From assembly GCA_036169735.1 (NCBI GenBank), contig JAVHNX010000033.1, forward strand, positions 27,827 to 91,826: a stretch of DNA of 64,000 nucleotides, written 5' to 3'. The stretch is from Minisyncoccota bacterium (GTDB taxonomy: Bacteria; Patescibacteriota; Minisyncoccia; Phycocordibacterales; UBA9973). A program made the translations under genes and the position numbers. Each line of letters opens with the position of its first letter. Within the stretch, counting starts at the first letter, position 1. Shown here piece by piece: positions 47,536 to 58,686 of this stretch. The notes beneath the pieces are model-generated. The model was not told the origin of the DNA and ran no database searches. It worked only from the letters and a program-made list of their open reading frames with translations.

Positions 47536-49719
47536 CTAATTAGCATTACGTACTAAAAAGTATTCGTTATATGGTTGATCATCAGTTACTTCAATTTTTT
47601 TATTAGAATTTAATAACTGATTAATATTAATTTTGCCACTTATAATTCTTTTAATGAAACTTAAAATATTAGGATCGTTGTAATCATTCCATTCCATTAA
47701 ATCGTCTTGTGCAGATAATGGCATGTTTTTTACAATTTGTTCTGGATTTGGAATATTAATAGGTTCATTTGAAGCAAAAAAGTGATATCCCCACTGTCTA
47801 ACTGATTGATAGACTTCAACATAAGGAAAAACTTCAATTAGTGATCTTGCTACTGCTTGTAGGGCTTTGTCATTTTCATTTCCTCCTGGGTACCATTGGG
47901 CCAGAATACCATTTTTAGATAAATGTGTTTGAGCGATTTCATAAAATTCTTTTGAATACAATAAACTTGATCCAGCCGCTTCTACTGGTGGTGGTGGATC
48001 AATAGCAATCAAATCATACTTTTCTGAAGTACGTTCTAGAAATCTACGCCCATCGTCTATAATTATTTGGTTGTTTGATTTAGCTAAAACCTGATTCGCA
48101 TCAGAAAAAAAATATGAAAAGAATTCCTTAACACTTGGTGTCAGTTCAACTGCTGTTGTGTTAAAGCCCCAACTTGCTGCAGAACGGAAAGTTGTACCCA
48201 TACCGAAACATATTACTAATGCTTTTTTTGGATTTTGAGGTAAACTGGCTAAGGGTAAATGCGCCATTATTTTAGTAATAGGTGTTAATGTTGTCATACC
48301 AACACCATTAACCATTAAGTACTTAGATCTCATATCAGTTTGATCTAGAGTTGCAGCTAAAACCGTAGCATTGTAATCGTTTTTAATAATTTTATTAGGT
48401 GCTATCATATACTCCTCAAATGTTGTGCTAAATTTAACAGTGAGTAATAATAAAACAAACACCATAATTAATATTGGTTTACGAAGGTATGATTGTAGAG
48501 TACTTATTTCACTTTTACGAATTAAAAACCAAATTAAAGGTAAACTAAAAAATATAATTGATAATTTTGAACCAATTAACGGCAGTAATATATATGAAGC
48601 CACAATTGGACCAATAATACAACCTAGTAAATTAATTGCATATGCCACTCCAGCAGTATTTGGATTTCCTTGTGATAATTTGTCAATTTGTTTCGGAGTT
48701 AAATAACCCAAAATATATGAAATTAAAAATACACACAAAATTACTCCAATAACTCCCCAACCTATGCGTGGATCTACAAACCAAATTTGTCCAATAGAAA
48801 CTATACACAATAGTTGTAATAAAATTTTAGTTGATAAAACTTTCCCTTTTTGAATATTATTTCGATAATGTAATAGCCCAACACAAGTTCCGAGTAAATA
48901 TAAAAACAATATGAATGCAAATGCATAAACTGAAGTTTCTAAAATAGGTGTAAATAATCGATTCCATACTACTTCAAAACCAACAGATGAAAATCCAGTA
49001 ATAAATAATAAACCTAAGATAAACTTATCTTTTATGTTTATTTCCTTTAAAATAAAAGATTTAAATTCTTCTTTCTTTTCTTGTCGAAGAGGATTTAATT
49101 TTAAATTTTTAGCAATTTTAATACTGATTAGTGCAATTAAAAAATTTAAAAATGAAGCGAATAATAATGTTTTTTTAAAACCTAATAATTCAATTAATAC
49201 TCCGGCAGTTAAAAATGTACCAACCATAGCACCAAATGTATTAGCTAAATATAAAAAACTAAAAATATTTTTATCCCAAGTGAAATGCTTATTTAAGAAT
49301 TCCATTATTAATGGAATTGTAGTACCCATTAAAAAACACCAAGGTAGCATATCTAAAGATAGAACTAGTGCTGATAAACCTAAGTATGCCCACGAATTTG
49401 TTTGACCAAAAGTAAGAAGCCATAAATGTCCCATTAAAAAAAGTTTTGGTATAATTAATGCTCCTATTCCTATTCCTATTTCTGCAATACTGTAAAAATA
49501 CAAAGATTCTATCTTATATTTTTTAGCTAACTTTATTAAATATTTACCAGAGATCCATGATCCTAGCACTAGTCCTAACATAAATACAGATACAACTATT
49601 GAGATCACTTGAGCATTTATACCAAAATTTGCATAAGCTAATCTTAACCAAACAGTTTGATATAATAATGCACAAAATCCTGAGATAAAAAATAAAAAGA
49701 AAAAAAGTTTTTTGATCAT
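47536..49719 (-). CDS. Fused multi-TM / spermidine synthase-like SAM-fold protein
   Basis: About 13 TM helices then LVICFGMGTT, VEL, DDGRRFL, DPPPP, LYSKEFY. Confidence 0.85.
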   Translation of the reverse strand: MIKKLFFFLFFISGFCALLYQTVWLRLAYANFGINAQVISIVVSVFMLGLVLGSWISGKYLIKLAKKYKIESLYFYSIAEIGIGIGALIIPKLFLMGHLWLLTFGQTNSWAYLGLSALVLSLDMLPWCFLMGTTIPLIMEFLNKHFTWDKNIFSFLYLANTFGAMVGTFLTAGVLIELLGFKKTLLFASFLNFLIALISIKIAKNLKLNPLRQEKKEEFKSFILKEINIKDKFILGLLFITGFSSVGFEVVWNRLFTPILETSVYAFAFILFLYLLGTCVGLLHYRNNIQKGKVLSTKILLQLLCIVSIGQIWFVDPRIGWGVIGVILCVFLISYILGYLTPKQIDKLSQGNPNTAGVAYAINLLGCIIGPIVASYILLPLIGSKLSIIFFSLPLIWFLIRKSEISTLQSYLRKPILIMVFVLLLLTVKFSTTFEEYMIAPNKIIKNDYNATVLAATLDQTDMRSKYLMVNGVGMTTLTPITKIMAHLPLASLPQNPKKALVICFGMGTTFRSAASWGFNTTAVELTPSVKEFFSYFFSDANQVLAKSNNQIIIDDGRRFLERTSEKYDLIAIDPPPPVEAAGSSLLYSKEFYEIAQTHLSKNGILAQWYPGGNENDKALQAVARSLIEVFPYVEVYQSVRQWGYHFFASNEPINIPNPEQIVKNMPLSAQDDLMEWNDYNDPNILSFIKRIISGKININQLLNSNKKIEVTDDQPYNEYFLVRNAN

Positions 49720-49756
49720 ATTTGAAGTATTTTATTTAAAATAATAATATGTAAGT

Positions 49757-51451
49757 TTAATAAGTTTGAATAAGTTGTAAAAATTCTGGTGGAAGTTGAA
49801 ATCCTCTTTTGTAGAGTTCTCCTGTATAAAATGCTGCATCTTTGTAATTTTTTTGGTCATAGTAATTTGCAGCTAAAGCTTTCAGGGCATCAATATGGTT
49901 AGGATTAATTTCTAGTGTTTCTTTCCATTTTATTTCAGCTTCTGCAATTTTTTCTTGTTTCCAATACAATAATCCTAAATTAAAATATGCATTGTCATAA
50001 TTTGGATTAATTTCTATTTCTTTTTTATATTCAATTTCAGCTTCTGTAAATTTATTTTGGTTAGCATAAGTAAGACCTAGATTATTGTGGGTCATCGGTT
50101 CATTAGGGTTAAGTTCTAGTGTTTTTTTGAATTGAATTTCTGCCTCCAACATATTCCCATCCAAAAAATTCATTGCGCCTAAATTATTACTACTAAAAGC
50201 ATAACTTGGTGATGTTTCTGTCGCATTTTTCCAAAACGCTAGTCTATTAACAAAATTTCTACTATGTACCATAGTAATCAGACTAAATATTATTATTACG
50301 CTACTAATGATTATTAGTGTACTTTTCTTTTTTATGTCAATTTTTTTAATAAAATCAGTCTCAAGTAGAATTATAAAAATCCCAATTATAGGTAAGTACA
50401 ATCTGTGTTCACTAAAATTAGCGACAGAATTAGGATCAGGACGGATAAATGAAGGCAACAAAAAAAACAGAAACCACATTAATCCAAATAAGATATAATT
50501 CCAACGTCTATTTTTGGTAAAGAATAATATTACCGTTAACAAAATTATTGAAATAATACCATAAATAAATGTCGTGTCCTTCATTATAGGTAATACGCTT
50601 AAGTTGAATGGGAAAAATATTTTTCCTAGAAGTTGAATTAATGCAGGAAGACTAGAGAAAACTGATTTAATAATGTTTATTAATGTTGCAGGTGTGGAAC
50701 CATTAAGAGCAAAGTATCGAAGTAAAATCCAAATTCCAACAGCACCAGAAGATCCAAGTAATAAATAAAATTTATTATAAACTTTATTTTCTTTATTTAT
50801 AAAATATAAATAGTAAAATATTATTGGTAGGATAAATATCGCAGATTCTTTTGTAAAGAGTGCCAAGCTGAAAAATAAAAAAGACCAAAGTAAATTATTC
50901 GTCCTTTTTTCTTTAGTTTCCTTTATAAGAAAAATAAAACTTGAAAGAATAAAAATGGCTAGCAACGAGTCATTCCTTCCTGGAATCCAAGCGACTGCCT
51001 GAGTTAAAACAGGATGTACTAAAAATATTATAGAAAAAAGGAATGCAAGTTCCTTGCGGTAGTCTAACTTTTTGAGGAAGCTAAATAGTAAACATGTTGC
51101 CAAAATATGTAGCCAAATATTGGTAAAATGATAAATAAAAGGAGAAATTCCACCAATTTGGTAATCAAATAGAAATGATAGAGTTAAAATTGGACGATAA
51201 TAAAAAGCAAGTATTTTTGTTGAGTTAAATACATCAATTTGAAAAAAATGCACAATATTTGAAAAACTACTGAGAAGATTCGTATTACCTAAAATTAATG
51301 TGTTATCATCTAAATAAGAAAAATCAAAAAAAATCGCCTGAAAATAAACAAATAATCCCAGCGAAATAATAATTCCAAATGGAATCCAATTTATTGAAAA
51401 TATTTTATCTATAAAACTAACTGAATAATTTTTAAATGATTTGTTTTTCAT
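49757..51451 (-). CDS. TMTC-like GT-C glycosyltransferase with TPR repeats
   Basis: Early DD motif (YLDD), YYRP, HP...[20 protein letters not shown]-terminal TPRs. Confidence 0.8.
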   Translation of the reverse strand: MKNKSFKNYSVSFIDKIFSINWIPFGIIISLGLFVYFQAIFFDFSYLDDNTLILGNTNLLSSFSNIVHFFQIDVFNSTKILAFYYRPILTLSFLFDYQIGGISPFIYHFTNIWLHILATCLLFSFLKKLDYRKELAFLFSIIFLVHPVLTQAVAWIPGRNDSLLAIFILSSFIFLIKETKEKRTNNLLWSFLFFSLALFTKESAIFILPIIFYYLYFINKENKVYNKFYLLLGSSGAVGIWILLRYFALNGSTPATLINIIKSVFSSLPALIQLLGKIFFPFNLSVLPIMKDTTFIYGIISIILLTVILFFTKNRRWNYILFGLMWFLFFLLPSFIRPDPNSVANFSEHRLYLPIIGIFIILLETDFIKKIDIKKKSTLIIISSVIIIFSLITMVHSRNFVNRLAFWKNATETSPSYAFSSNNLGAMNFLDGNMLEAEIQFKKTLELNPNEPMTHNNLGLTYANQNKFTEAEIEYKKEIEINPNYDNAYFNLGLLYWKQEKIAEAEIKWKETLEINPNHIDALKALAANYYDQKNYKDAAFYTGELYKRGFQLPPEFLQLIQTY

Positions 51452-52176
51452 TTTTTAATACTAAAAATTCTTTTTAAAAAAAACTTAACTGCAATAAATA
51501 GAGTTGAAAATCCATATTTTAAACTCCTGATAAAATTTATAGAAGAGGCTTCCTTGAAATATCTAACCGGAACAGGAATTTCACCAATACGATATCCTTT
51601 TTCTATTATTTTAAATAATACTTGAGTGTCAAAAACAAAGTCATCTGAATTCTTCATAAAATCAATATTTTCCAGTACTCCTCTTTTATAAGCTCTCATA
51701 CCTGTGTGCCATTCAGATAAATTGTACCCACTCAAAACATTCTCCCAAAAAGTTAGGAAACGGTTAGCAAAATACTTATACATCGGCATCCCTCCTGCCA
51801 AAGCTTCTTTTCTAGATCGGATTCTAGAACCCAACATCACATCGCAATACCCTTCTTCAATAAAACCAACTAAATATTTTATCACTTTTGGGTCATATTG
51901 ATAATCAGGATGAATCATTACAATAATATCTGCACCTTTCTCTAGCGCCATTTTGTAGCAAGTTTTTTGATTACCTCCATAACCTTTATTTTTATCGTGA
52001 CAAAATACAGTCAGGTTAAGTTTTTTTGCTAAACTAACTGTTTTATCAGTGCTATTATCATCAACTAGGATTATTTCACTGACAATATCTCTCGGTATTT
52101 CTAATACTGTTTTTTCTAAAGTTTTCTCAGCATTATATGCCGGCATTATAACGATAGTCTTTATTTTTTTAGTCAT
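51448..52176 (-). CDS. GT2 glycosyltransferase (polyprenol-phosphate mannosyltransferase/DPM1-like)
   Basis: MPAYN, VDDNSTD, NKGYGG, HPDYQY, GSR, G.RAY. Confidence 0.88.
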   Translation of the reverse strand: MTKKIKTIVIMPAYNAEKTLEKTVLEIPRDIVSEIILVDDNSTDKTVSLAKKLNLTVFCHDKNKGYGGNQKTCYKMALEKGADIIVMIHPDYQYDPKVIKYLVGFIEEGYCDVMLGSRIRSRKEALAGGMPMYKYFANRFLTFWENVLSGYNLSEWHTGMRAYKRGVLENIDFMKNSDDFVFDTQVLFKIIEKGYRIGEIPVPVRYFKEASSINFIRSLKYGFSTLFIAVKFFLKRIFSIKK

Positions 52177-52240
52177 ATTATCTTAGTTGAAAACTTATAA
52201 AGTCTAACATAACAAAAAGAGAGCAGCAATAATATGATTT

Positions 52241-53272
52241 TTATAAAATCTTCGCAAAAAGCTGAAATAAATGTGCCCAAAAGTAGTCCAGCATATTTGG
52301 TTTATAATCTTTTTGGTTAAAAATAATTGATCCCTCTTTCCATTTATTTGTTATTACAACAAGTTTACCTACTGTTGCAAGGTCACTAAAAAAAACTCCT
52401 AGTTCTGTATTGAGTTCAAATGATAAAAAATCTAAATTTTGTGATCCTATTATTCCTTCCCTCTCATCAATTATCATAACCTTCGCGTGATTCATTTCGG
52501 GTTCAAGGTAAAAATTTACCCCTAGCTTTGCTAATTTATTTATATAAAAATAGTTTACACGATCAATCAAGGTATGATCTGTAGTTTTAGGGACTAGGAT
52601 ATCTACTTTTACTCCACGTAAAACAGCTTGATGAAGAAGTACGATAAACCACCGCTTGGGCATGAAATATGGAGTAGCAAGTATTACATGTTTTTTTGTT
52701 TGATTTAAATATTCTTTATAAACTCTTTTTAAAAAAAATTTGTTTCTATGTGGAAAATTTTCAATTAACCATATTTGTGTTTTATGTAAAAAATTCTTTT
52801 TACTTTCAGAAAGAATTAATGGATCTTTACCTCCGCACTCTACATATGATTTTGCAAAAGATTTAATTATTTTTTTAATAAATGCACCTTTAACTCTTAC
52901 GACTAAATCATTCCATAACTTTGCGCTCTGGTGAAAGTTAACTCCCCCGATAAAACCAATTGAATTATCCACAACAAGTATTTTTCTATGTGCGCGGTGA
53001 AATAAATAACTTATAAATAAAATCTCTACTCCAGCCTCTTTCATACTACTGAGTGCACTTTTACTAAGCTTAGAACTACCAAAATAATCTAGTATTACAC
53101 GAATTCTAAGTCCTTGTTTTGCTTTTTCTGTTAAAAGTGCTGAAAAATTGAACTTTTCCATGTCATCTTGAAAAATGTACATTTCTAAATATACAGATTC
53201 CTTGGCTAGTTTTATGGCTTCAAACATGGCCTGCCATGTTGTTTCTGAGTTAGTAAAAAATTTATATTGCAT
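52241..53272 (-). CDS. Phospholipase D-family (cardiolipin synthase-like) protein
   Basis: Two HxKxxxxD motifs (HRKILVVD, HAKVMIID), TPYF. Confidence 0.88.
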   Translation of the reverse strand: MQYKFFTNSETTWQAMFEAIKLAKESVYLEMYIFQDDMEKFNFSALLTEKAKQGLRIRVILDYFGSSKLSKSALSSMKEAGVEILFISYLFHRAHRKILVVDNSIGFIGGVNFHQSAKLWNDLVVRVKGAFIKKIIKSFAKSYVECGGKDPLILSESKKNFLHKTQIWLIENFPHRNKFFLKRVYKEYLNQTKKHVILATPYFMPKRWFIVLLHQAVLRGVKVDILVPKTTDHTLIDRVNYFYINKLAKLGVNFYLEPEMNHAKVMIIDEREGIIGSQNLDFLSFELNTELGVFFSDLATVGKLVVITNKWKEGSIIFNQKDYKPNMLDYFWAHLFQLFAKIL

Positions 53273-53344
53273 TAAACTATATTATACACGAGATAAAAAT
53301 AAAAAAAGCCACAAATTATATGTGGCTTTAAAAATAAAACAATA

Positions 53345-53929
53345 CTATTCTTCATTCTGGTAAACATCAAAATGAATCACACCCATTACCATATCATGAT
53401 CTACAAAATGATTTTTAATATGAACAATAAATTTAGATGATTGATCCGCGGTGATTCCCTTCAGAGTAAAAATACTTGTAATCTGAGTTGCAACAGCTGC
53501 TTGATTATTTGTTTCAGACTTAAAAGGAAAAGATTCAGTAAAAGCATCCTTGATGAATATTTTTACTAAATTATTAGGTTTAATATTTGAATAATAAAGT
53601 TTAAATGAGTTTAAGTCATTATTTTCAGAATATTTAAATAGTTCCCCCAATCTTTCTTTTGAAGCGGCTTGAAATATTTCTTCCTGGAGTGTTTGCCATA
53701 TAGCCAAAAGCACTTTGATTTCAGATTTTTGATTAAATGGAATTGAAACAAAGTGTCCGTCATGCATTTTGGAAACATAAACAAAGTTTTTCGTTGCTAG
53801 TTTTCTTTTGTAAATTCTACTTGCAATTTCAGCTGTACCAAAGAATGTAAATAATAAGCCGATAACGAAACATCCCATATAAAAAAGGATTTGTTCGCCT
53901 GTTGAGGAAAAAGTTAAAAAAATCATCAT
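53345..53929 (-). CDS. Hypothetical protein with N-terminal TM
   Basis: 194-aa ORF; TTGACA promoter near 54002 and terminator near 53303-53328. Confidence 0.7.
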   Translation of the reverse strand: MMIFLTFSSTGEQILFYMGCFVIGLLFTFFGTAEIASRIYKRKLATKNFVYVSKMHDGHFVSIPFNQKSEIKVLLAIWQTLQEEIFQAASKERLGELFKYSENNDLNSFKLYYSNIKPNNLVKIFIKDAFTESFPFKSETNNQAAVATQITSIFTLKGITADQSSKFIVHIKNHFVDHDMVMGVIHFDVYQNEE

Positions 53930-54038
53930 AATCTTGAGTGTTTTAAGTTGTTGAGAACTATTTCTACCTACCTAAAGTAACAATAAATTCATATATTGTC
54001 AAGTAAATATTTTTTATTTTATACTATTATTTACATAT

Positions 54039-54206
54039 ATGAATTCAAAAACTTTTGTCTTGATTGGTACAATTATTGGTTCCTCGATTGGAAGCCTAGT
54101 TCCCCTTTTACGGGGAGATGGTGTTTTTTCTTTTTCTTCAATCATTTTCAGTGCTATAGGAGCAATAGCTGGAATTTATCTTGGTTTCAAACTGAGTAAT
54201 CAATAA
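54039..54206 (+). CDS. Small Gly-rich membrane protein (55 aa), absent from ORF track
   Basis: MNSKTFVLIGTIIGSSIGSLVPLLRGDGVFSFSSIIFSAIGAIAGIYLGFKLSNQ; -10 box just upstream, hairpin downstream. Confidence 0.75.
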   Translation: MNSKTFVLIGTIIGSSIGSLVPLLRGDGVFSFSSIIFSAIGAIAGIYLGFKLSNQ

Positions 54207-54324
54207 TAAAAAAACCCAGCCTTATTATTTAAGGCTGGGTTAGTATGTTCATTAGAATCAAAACAATTATGTTAAGCGGTTAACCAAACGTCTGTTTCCT
54301 AAACTAATGTTTATATAAACATAC

Positions 54325-54756
54325 CTATTCTAGAGGTTCGTTATCAATCCAATCAATTTCTTTTAAGTTGTTGATAGGAAAAATTATTTGATATCTCTTA
54401 GAAAGAGTTATTACTTCTCGCTTCAAGATTGTTTCATAGTCAAAATCATAATCAGCAAGTTTTTCAAATTCTTTTTTTTCTGAGAAAAAGATTATTGCTG
54501 CTGATTCTATTCCTGAAGTAAAATCAAAAGTGATTCCTCTTGGGTCATTTATTATCAATTCCCTCTCTTCCTGAATATTTTTTTTAAAACCAATTCGTCC
54601 TATAAATCCATCAGCTTTGACTCTCTTTTTTTCTGAAAGATAACTAATCTTAACAGATATAATATTCTTTTTGACTATTTCTGTTAAAGGAATACTTTTG
54701 TTTTCATTATTTTTGAAAACTAGAATTTCTGGGAACACTGCATTATTTCTTTTCAT
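54325..54756 (-). CDS. Hypothetical protein
   Basis: 143-aa ORF with promoter near 54898 and a leader hairpin. Confidence 0.7.
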   Translation of the reverse strand: MKRNNAVFPEILVFKNNENKSIPLTEIVKKNIISVKISYLSEKKRVKADGFIGRIGFKKNIQEERELIINDPRGITFDFTSGIESAAIIFFSEKKEFEKLADYDFDYETILKREVITLSKRYQIIFPINNLKEIDWIDNEPLE

Positions 54757-54928
54757 ATTTATTAGTTTTAATTATTTTTATTTAAATTACTTCAAATTCC
54801 CCTAGAAATACAAAGTAATTTAAACAAAGAAAATTAAACTTTCTCACAAAGAACCATTACCACTGTACATATAATAGCATAATATATCAGTATGTCAATT
54901 TAATTTAAGTATAATAGTACCAAGAAAC

Positions 54929-54964
54929 ACAAAAGCCCACCGGTTTAAACCGGTGGGCTTTTGT
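54929..54964 (-). terminator. Terminator formed by a perfect 36-bp palindrome
   Basis: acaaaagcccaccggtttaaaccggtgggcttttgt, just downstream of 54977-55606. Confidence 0.75.
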
Positions 54965-54976
54965 TATTAGCTTAGA

Positions 54977-55606
54977 TTATTTATTCTTTTTTGTTACTAC
55001 AGTTTTTTTGACTACTACTTTTTTTGCAGGAGTTTTTGCTACAACAACCTTTTTTGCAACTGTCTTGACAGCTAATATTTTTTTTACTTCTATTTTTGGT
55101 GCTGTCATTTTAGGTGCCATGATTACAGCTGGAATAGCCTTCGCAACAGGAGCTGATTCTTTAGCTTGAGAAAGTCTTTCCATTACAGTTATAAGACGAT
55201 CAAGTTTCATGCCTATTTCTCTTAATTGTTTCTTTGTATCATCTTGTGCAAATGCAGGAGCTGATGTAGGTTTTGAAAAAGAACTAGTTGAACTAGGTCT
55301 GTCACTACTGTATTCTCTTCTTGGTTCACGACTTTCAAAATCTCTACGTGGAGCTCTTTCTCCTCCATCTTCTCTTTTACTACTAAAACAATCGGAACAG
55401 TAAACAGGTTTATCACCTGTTGGGCGAAAAGGAACTTCACAGTTCTTGCCACATTCACTACAGACAGCTTTGTGCATAACAACTTCTCTATCACGAAAAC
55501 CTCCACCTCCAAAACTCTTTTTCTGAAAGTTTGGTCTTCCTCCTCTACTATTACCACCTCTAAAACCTCCACCTCCTCTTCTATCTCCTCCTTGAAAATT
55601 TCCCAT
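54977..55606 (-). CDS. CxxC-x17-CxxC zinc-ribbon protein with RGG N-terminus and K/A-rich tail
   Basis: HKAVCSECGKNCEVPFRPTGDKPVYCSDCF; AKKVVVAKTPAKKVVVKK tail. Confidence 0.88.
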   Translation of the reverse strand: MGNFQGGDRRGGGGFRGGNSRGGRPNFQKKSFGGGGFRDREVVMHKAVCSECGKNCEVPFRPTGDKPVYCSDCFSSKREDGGERAPRRDFESREPRREYSSDRPSSTSSFSKPTSAPAFAQDDTKKQLREIGMKLDRLITVMERLSQAKESAPVAKAIPAVIMAPKMTAPKIEVKKILAVKTVAKKVVVAKTPAKKVVVKKTVVTKKNK

Positions 55607-55777
55607 AAAATATTTTGTTTGTATGTCTATATACTAGACAAGTTATAATAAATATTTCATAACTATATGCTTTTTAACAATAAAAAGCAAGAAAAAAGCC
55701 GTAACCTTATTATTTATTGGTAATTGAGAATAAAAAAAGCCTATCATTACGATAAGCTTTTAAATTTTTTGAACTAA

Positions 55778-56140
55778 TTATTTTATTAATTCAGCTTCTT
55801 TCTTTCTAATATCAACATATTTAAACCAGGTATCCATTGAATAATTCATTTGACGTCTGAATTCTCTTTGGTAATATTGTTCTTTTGATTCTTTATCCTG
55901 TGTAAATGAAGGTATTTCTCGTGCATTTTCTTCTCTTTCAAGGTCATTAGTCCTTTGATTGTAGAGACGTACATGAAAATTTTTATCTGTTTCCATTTCC
56001 AATTCAGCAAATGCAATATGCTTAATTATGGCCTCGTCTTGAGGTGTTTTCATATCCGCTTTTTGTTTAGCCCAATTTTGATTAATAATTCCTTGGAACT
56101 TCTCAAGTTCTTTTTCTAGGTACTCCACGTTTGTTTCCAT
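55778..56140 (-). CDS. Hypothetical protein
   Basis: 120-aa charged ORF, 5 nt after the upstream gene. Confidence 0.65.
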   Translation of the reverse strand: METNVEYLEKELEKFQGIINQNWAKQKADMKTPQDEAIIKHIAFAELEMETDKNFHVRLYNQRTNDLEREENAREIPSFTQDKESKEQYYQREFRRQMNYSMDTWFKYVDIRKKEAELIK

Positions 56141-56145
56141 TTCTC

Positions 56146-56508
56146 TTAATTTTTTAATTGTGAATTTTTATTTAATTTTTCTTGTTCAATTCTTCTATTA
56201 AATTCATCCCTAATCAATATAGATTTTTCATAATCTTCTTCTTTTATTGAAATTTCTAATAGAGATTGTAATTCTTTGTTTTCTATTTTTTTATAATCAA
56301 TTTCTGATTTAAATTTAAAATAGTCAATAAAATTTTCAGAGTTGGCACCAATTTTAATCAAGGAAGTAGATTTATTTCTCTGCTTTTCCTTTTTAATTTC
56401 CTTTTGTATTTCTTTTTTGTTTTCTTTGGGTCCTCTCGAATAAAACAAAACGAGTAAAAGAAGTATTAATACCTCTAGACCAGTTTCAATAAGATAAGGT
56501 GTATTCAT
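56146..56508 (-). CDS. Hypothetical membrane-anchored protein with UVR-like motif
   Basis: N-terminal TM helix; LLEISIKEEDYEKSILIRDE. Confidence 0.6.
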   Translation of the reverse strand: MNTPYLIETGLEVLILLLLVLFYSRGPKENKKEIQKEIKKEKQRNKSTSLIKIGANSENFIDYFKFKSEIDYKKIENKELQSLLEISIKEEDYEKSILIRDEFNRRIEQEKLNKNSQLKN

Positions 56509-56646
56509 ATGACAAAGATTTATAGGTTATTACTATTTCCATTAAAATACCATAGATTAGTTAAAAAAGGAAGGGGTGTAATAAAAAAAGAAAAATAAAA
56601 TGCAGCCCATTTTTAGAGCTGCATTTGATGAAAAATAGAATGATTT

Positions 56647-57126
56647 TTACATTGCTATTCTTATTTCATTTTTTTCTCTCGATTCTTTCTTTTCAATGAT
56701 AGCGTTTAAGGCCTTCATTTCTTTTTCCATTGCTGCTATTTGTGAAGTAAGATTTCTTTTACGAACAGTTAGTTGTTGCAATGAAAAACCATAATGGGTT
56801 TCTATCTGTAATTTAAAAAAGAGTCTGTCGGCTGCAGTTTTTTCAATTTCAGTTAGGTTACGAATCCTAACATGGTTACCTTTTTGATCTACCCATTCTT
56901 TTTTTGCCATAGTCCATTCACTGGAAAGTGGTAAAGTGCTACCATCAGTATTCAATCTTGCGATTTCTCCACTGGATACAAATCTAGCTCCTTTGTATTT
57001 CATGTAAAAGTACGATGGTTTTAATATCTTCCCGAATATTTCGGTCCGACAAACTAAAACGTGACCTTCTAGGGTCGAGATTCCTTTGTAGGAAATCTTC
57101 ATTACTGGTGTTGTTTTTTCTGGCAT
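56647..57126 (-). CDS. Hypothetical protein
   Basis: 159-aa ORF; TTGACA promoter near 57196, terminator near 56598-56625. Confidence 0.7.
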   Translation of the reverse strand: MPEKTTPVMKISYKGISTLEGHVLVCRTEIFGKILKPSYFYMKYKGARFVSSGEIARLNTDGSTLPLSSEWTMAKKEWVDQKGNHVRIRNLTEIEKTAADRLFFKLQIETHYGFSLQQLTVRKRNLTSQIAAMEKEMKALNAIIEKKESREKNEIRIAM

Positions 57127-57253
57127 TTCTCTGTAATTTAGGTTAGTAATTTATTTTATCTAAAAAGAGAGTAACAAATATAGGGTTATTTGTCAATGGG
57201 TAATAAAAAACTCTCACTAATTATGTGAGAGTTTTTGCTATCAAAAGCATTTT

Positions 57254-57676
57254 CTATTTTAATGATTCAAACCCATATCTTGGGATTCTAACTTTTTCAC
57301 TATTTTTTTTGTCATCAAAACTGTCTGACCACTCTTTGATTTTAAATCCGGCATCTTTTAGTTCTTTAATATAATCAAAAGGTAGAAATTCTGTTTCAGT
57401 ATTATTTTTCGGAAAAATAAGAGCAATCTTATCATTTTTTCTTTCTGTCTCATTTTGAATATACTTAAAAAGTTTTACTGCGAACTCAAGTTTGTATTTT
57501 TTCCTTAAATTAATAAGGTTAATACCGTACGTGAGAGCCTGATTTAGTACCATTCGGTGATACTTGCTAATTTTTCTAATATAGATAGGTGTGTTAGTTT
57601 TACCAACACCGTCTCTCGATTCTTTCATCCTTATGTGGAGATTCAGAATCTTTTTTCTGTGTTTTTTGCTACTCAT
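57254..57676 (-). CDS. Hypothetical basic protein
   Basis: 140-aa ORF downstream of the phosphatase; terminator near 57205-57236. Confidence 0.65.
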   Translation of the reverse strand: MSSKKHRKKILNLHIRMKESRDGVGKTNTPIYIRKISKYHRMVLNQALTYGINLINLRKKYKLEFAVKLFKYIQNETERKNDKIALIFPKNNTETEFLPFDYIKELKDAGFKIKEWSDSFDDKKNSEKVRIPRYGFESLK

Positions 57677-57698
57677 GTTTTATTTTTTTTAGAGGTTT

Positions 57699-58505
57699 CT
57701 ATTCATTTCGGTTCTTCCTTGCTTCAAGAAGCAACTCTTCATTGGTATATTTTTTCCTTTCAATTACGGAAAAATCATCTTCGTATTCTCCACCACCAGC
57801 AGGACGGATCGTTCTGACCCAATCAAACCGATCAGACAAACCCAGTTTGTTATCAATGGGGTTTTCCCTTGTGTAATGAATTATTGAACAATTAGGAACA
57901 CGACCCCAATCATCTGGAGACAAAAGATACTCATTTGTCTTTTGTAGAGACATCCTTTCAAGAATTATTCGCAATGTTCTCATTACGTGTCCATGGCATA
58001 CAATGATAACATTTTTACCATCACACTCCCTTGCTAAGGTATCAAGAACAATTTTAATTCTTTGACATACATCAGCAATACTTTCTCCCTGTGGAGGACG
58101 AAATAAAAATGGTTGTGTATTGCAAAATTTTTGTTGATCAGGATATTCCAAATCTCTTTTTTCGGGTGTGATTTGGTTAAATAAACCACCATCTCTTTCC
58201 CTGAGATTGAAATCAATCATCCAGTTTGGATTTGGAAGATTTAAATACGCGGCAGTTTCCAATGCTCTGACATTATTAGATACGATCATTCGGTCATAAA
58301 TAAGGAAGTTCTTATTCAAGAACCATTCTCCTGCTTTTTTGGCCTGTTCAATACCTAATTCTGTTAGTTTGTACTGAGATTCATGTAGTTCAAGGAATTC
58401 AGCTGAGAAGAAACAACTATTGTTAGTTTCTTCAAATTGTTTTCTTACGAAATTTCCTTCGGACTGTCCATGTCTTACTAGAAATAAATTTTTTGGCATA
58501 CTCAT
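57699..58505 (-). CDS. Histidine phosphatase (phosphoglycerate mutase-like) family
   Basis: LVRHGQSEGN, RALETA, LRER..G, GES, VCHG. Confidence 0.9.
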   Translation of the reverse strand: MSMPKNLFLVRHGQSEGNFVRKQFEETNNSCFFSAEFLELHESQYKLTELGIEQAKKAGEWFLNKNFLIYDRMIVSNNVRALETAAYLNLPNPNWMIDFNLRERDGGLFNQITPEKRDLEYPDQQKFCNTQPFLFRPPQGESIADVCQRIKIVLDTLARECDGKNVIIVCHGHVMRTLRIILERMSLQKTNEYLLSPDDWGRVPNCSIIHYTRENPIDNKLGLSDRFDWVRTIRPAGGGEYEDDFSVIERKKYTNEELLLEARKNRNE

Positions 58506-58532
58506 ATTTTTAGGTTTTAGTATTGATTAAAC

Positions 58533-58586
58533 ATTAGGTTGATTATCTTAATCCCCATGTGAGGAAACTAAGATAATCAACCTAAT
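58533..58586 (-). promoter_or_regulatory. Long leader hairpin (18-bp perfect stem)
   Basis: attaggttgattatctta / taagataatcaacctaat. Confidence 0.7.
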
Positions 58587-58686
58587 TCAATAAAAACCAC
58601 CTGTCAAAAAACTGCAATTAAAATTACAGTATATTATATTTTGTTCTGTGTCAATTACCGTTTATTTATAATTTTTTAAAAAAAAT

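Noticed and set aside
53996-54199. 67-aa plus-strand ORF
   Set aside because: Wrong frame; 54039-54206 gives a coherent membrane protein with a -10 box.
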